DNA of 64,000 nt, from contig CAJFCJ010000009.1 in assembly GCA_904063045.1 (NCBI GenBank), positions 2,542,968 through 2,606,967 on the forward strand. Reading direction: 5' to 3'. A program made the position numbers and the translations under genes. Positions 61,001 to 64,000 of this stretch are shown piece by piece; the first letter of the stretch is position 1, and each line of letters begins with the position of its first letter. The notes under the pieces are model-generated. The model had not been told where the DNA came from and searched no databases. It saw nothing but the letters and a program-made list of their open reading frames with translations. This DNA comes from Dimorphilus gyrociliatus (taxonomy: Eukaryota > Animalia > Annelida).

Positions 61001-61934
61001 ACTGTGTATTTTTTTTATTATTATTTTTTTTGTTTTTTTTTTAAAAAAAAAAAAGAAGAGATTGTCGTTAGACTAAACTGAAAGGGTAAAACAACTTTTT
61101 ATCCTTACCTTTTCTTGCAAGAGTCTAGCTCCACTTGTAACTTGACTCCATGGGAAGACGGAATTAAACGTTTCTGAATTTTCAAGATCGAAATTTGATT
61201 TAAGAAAGATTGGAGGAATGCCTTCTAAATCAACTCTTGGGCGAACATTAGGTTTTAATAGGGCCAACGGTGACTCTTCGTCGCTTAATTCGTCATTTCT
61301 CATATTGGCTTCTTTCAATTTTAAATGTTTTTTATATTTATTATCTGTTTTCTTTAAATATTTTTGAAAATGAACGGCAGTGATCACCGGTAAATGAGGT
61401 GATGGAGCAACATCAGTAGATTCAAATCCTGGTCCCCATGTTTTACTAAAAATATCTCTTTCCCTACGACCTACTCTTGGGTCATTTAGCGCAGCAGGTA
61501 AGTTCACTTTTGAATTGTACACTGTCCATTTTCGTTGATCTTCTACCACACTTGGAGTACTTTGTGTAGTAGGACTGGTATGGCTTTTTGATAGTACGTC
61601 TGTAATTGAAATATCCTCTTAAATGTATATATAGGTTTTTATTTAAAAAATTTAAGCTAAACAACTTACTAGGGTCTAGCATGGCTCCTAAATGATGTTT
61701 TATTATATGAATTTGATAGTCATCATCATTAACCCCTTCGATAGGTAACGTTCCGCATACACCATTCTTGGAATATTGACATACGTAGGAACCCCCTTCC
61801 TTTTTTGAATGGTAATTTCGTAAATGTCTGATAAATTCTTGAGGAGCCTTAAAAAAAGTCGATTTGTTTTCACAAACACCACAGCTGGTCCATGATGTAT
61901 TATTTGCAGTTTCAATGTTTGGCTTATGCGACAT
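58037..61934 (-). CDS. VPS54: GARP complex subunit VPS54
   Basis: N-terminal zinc-finger-like region (CGVC...RHLRNYH...GGSYVC), NLPAALNDP, VVGTVLLL, ELLNMYNSRTCQLVLGAGA, GLKTISTRHLAL, GPQQGLVTTDL. Confidence 0.92.
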
Positions 61935-62600
61935 GCCTTAATAAAGGCTCAGACAATATAGTACAATCCTGCCTTCAGTATCGGAATACGTTTTTTAATA
62001 TGAGCGTCTAATTTATTAGGGATTCAGTATAAAACGTGTGAAGGTAGAATCCTAACCGGAACTTGGGATTATTTTGCATATTATTTTCTCTGAAAACTGG
62101 TATACCATCACGTGATCGTACGTTTCTCGTTCAATATTTTGAAAAGACTTGTTAAACTCATGCGAACCAATTTTATAATAAAATACAAAGAGATTTTAAA
62201 GAATAAATTCATAAAGGAAAATTTTTTTGTTATTATTATCAAGTTTAATATAATAATATATACTTTATAAACAGAGAATATGCAATATATGGATGAGAGT
62301 ATTATATTGACATAAAAAAAATTTAATAGAGACTAATAACAAATCCGATTAGGCCTAAGTTAAGCCAATTAAGTAATTATAAAAATATATACGTCATTTC
62401 AAGTTTTAAATATCTTCTCTCTGTAGGCCTACATCTACTTTATTTATAAAAGTGTCCACAAAACAAACACATAGTAGATAGACATATACATTTATATATA
62501 TATATATATGGGTTTATATCTATATACATGTTTATCTAAGTCTAAATATACAGCTATACTTAAATTATGGCTTTTATAACTTATATTAATCTTAATTTAG

Positions 62601-64000
62601 CTGAGATTTGGGCGATTCTTATTAACTTTGCTCATACTTTGTCAGATGTTACTTTTCATACATATTTGTATTATAGACCATGTTCTATTATCGATGATAA
62701 AGATATGATATCTTGCTTTCGTTCAAACAATAAAATTATAAATTCAACACTGGAAATAAACTCAATGATCCATGAACCAATTGGAAAATATATCTATTTA
62801 GTATGGGGTTTGTTACTTGGTGCTCTTTATGGAGCATGGTCGGATAGAATAGGTCGTAGAACTGGAATGACAATCGTTTCCATTGGTTTAGTTCTCTTCA
62901 ACTTCTTCAATGCTTTGGACTATGATGTCATAAAAACCCATGAGCCAATTATTCCGTTTCTTGCAAGATTTCTAGTATCCTTAACAAGTCACTATGTAAT
63001 AATTTATACGCTGGCTTACTCATATTCAGCCGATGTTACGTTACAAAAGAATAGATTAGGTCGCTATGTTCTATTGGATATCGCTTTTCGAATTTCTACA
63101 ATATTGGCTGGAACCTCATTATTATTTCTTACTTTTATAGGTTTTTCACCTATCTTATTAACAAGTATAAATATTGGTTTGCTGGCGGCAGCAGTTACCG
63201 GATATAGTTCTGAAACTGGTTCTATCCGCTACAAACTCAAAGACTCAACTAAATCTAAGAAAAGTAGTTTGTATGAACTTTCTTGGCATTTTCGAGACGC
63301 TTATCACACACTTACCAAACATCGAGAATATAATAGCAGAAGCCACCTCCTTATTTATATTCTCCTATTCGCTTTCAACGATTTATTAAGTAACTGCATT
63401 ACGGAAATAACAACAGTTCTAACCATGAAACATCCGGCTTTGAACTGGGATTCGGTTACTGTTGGTGAATTTCGCTTAGTTTGCGAATTATCCTTATTAG
63501 TGGGTTCAGGTGTCGGCTGGAATATAATAACTCAATCGTCATTTTCTCGTTTTCGAGAACCTCAGTTTATATTAATCGGTTTAGCTTTCAGACTATTGCA
63601 AATATTACCTGTCCTCGTAACAGAAGCGTCTCATGAACCTTATTTAATGGTTGCCATCCTCGGTGTATTCACTTCGTTAATTGGACCCTCAATTCTATCT
63701 CACGCAACTAGTATTGTAGAACCTCACGAAATTGGAAAAGTATTAGGATGTACATTCGGTTTATCGTGTTTTTTGCGTCTACTTTTGGAAGTTATTGGAA
63801 AAGCAACAGTCTATTTGCTGGCCGATGAACCACCCAATGTTGTTTGGGGTCCAATTTTAGGAATTGCCTCATTATTATTTCTATTGCTAGGATTAAATAT
63901 AAGAGATATAGTAAAGCAATACGAAAGAAGGAATCGACATAGATTGTTAGCCAAAGATATATATTCTGAAGAATTGAATAGCACAGGAGATAATACTCCA
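62601..64000 (+). CDS. SLC46/PCFT-like MFS transporter, open to the right edge; first exon not resolved
   Basis: Stop-free frame from the acceptor at ~62600 to 64000, with GAWSDRIGRR (MFS motif A), AYSYSADVT...R..R, VEPHEIGKV and about 12 hydrophobic segments. Absent from the ORF track because it has no stop in the window. Confidence 0.8.

Overview
AT-rich, gene-dense eukaryotic DNA with short GT-AG introns, most consistent with a compact invertebrate (spiralian/annelid-like) genome; the taxon is inferred. The ORF track fragments most genes, so I spliced them by hand. About 18 genes are supported. Left third (1-21.3 kb): a receptor guanylyl cyclase with a degenerate catalytic site, a single-thioredoxin protein, and a tandem array of five ARM-repeat paralogues plus one relic (ARM-TIR-SAM x3, TIR-ARM-TIR x1, ARM-only x1, decayed SAM fragment). 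All five intact TIR domains keep the Glu equivalent to the TIR NADase catalytic residue, four of five paralogues start Met-Gly, and a calpain-5/TRA-3-type gene lacking its catalytic Cys and His sits inside the array. Middle and right: a tandem-DSL membrane protein, an orphan type I membrane protein, BET1, phosphatidylserine synthase, a FaMeT/winged-helix/nucleoside-phosphorylase fusion, a type-1 ferlin with micro-exons and alternative ends, KLHL8, a DH-only RhoGEF, FEZ1/UNC-76, VPS54 and an SLC46-like MFS transporter running off the right edge. The best candidate for an undescribed system is the ARM-TIR(-SAM) array: a SARM1-like but differently ordered, diversifying putative NADase signalling locus. 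No tRNA, rRNA, CRISPR array or intact transposon was recognised. Exon boundaries are hand-derived and enzyme activities are inferred from motifs only.
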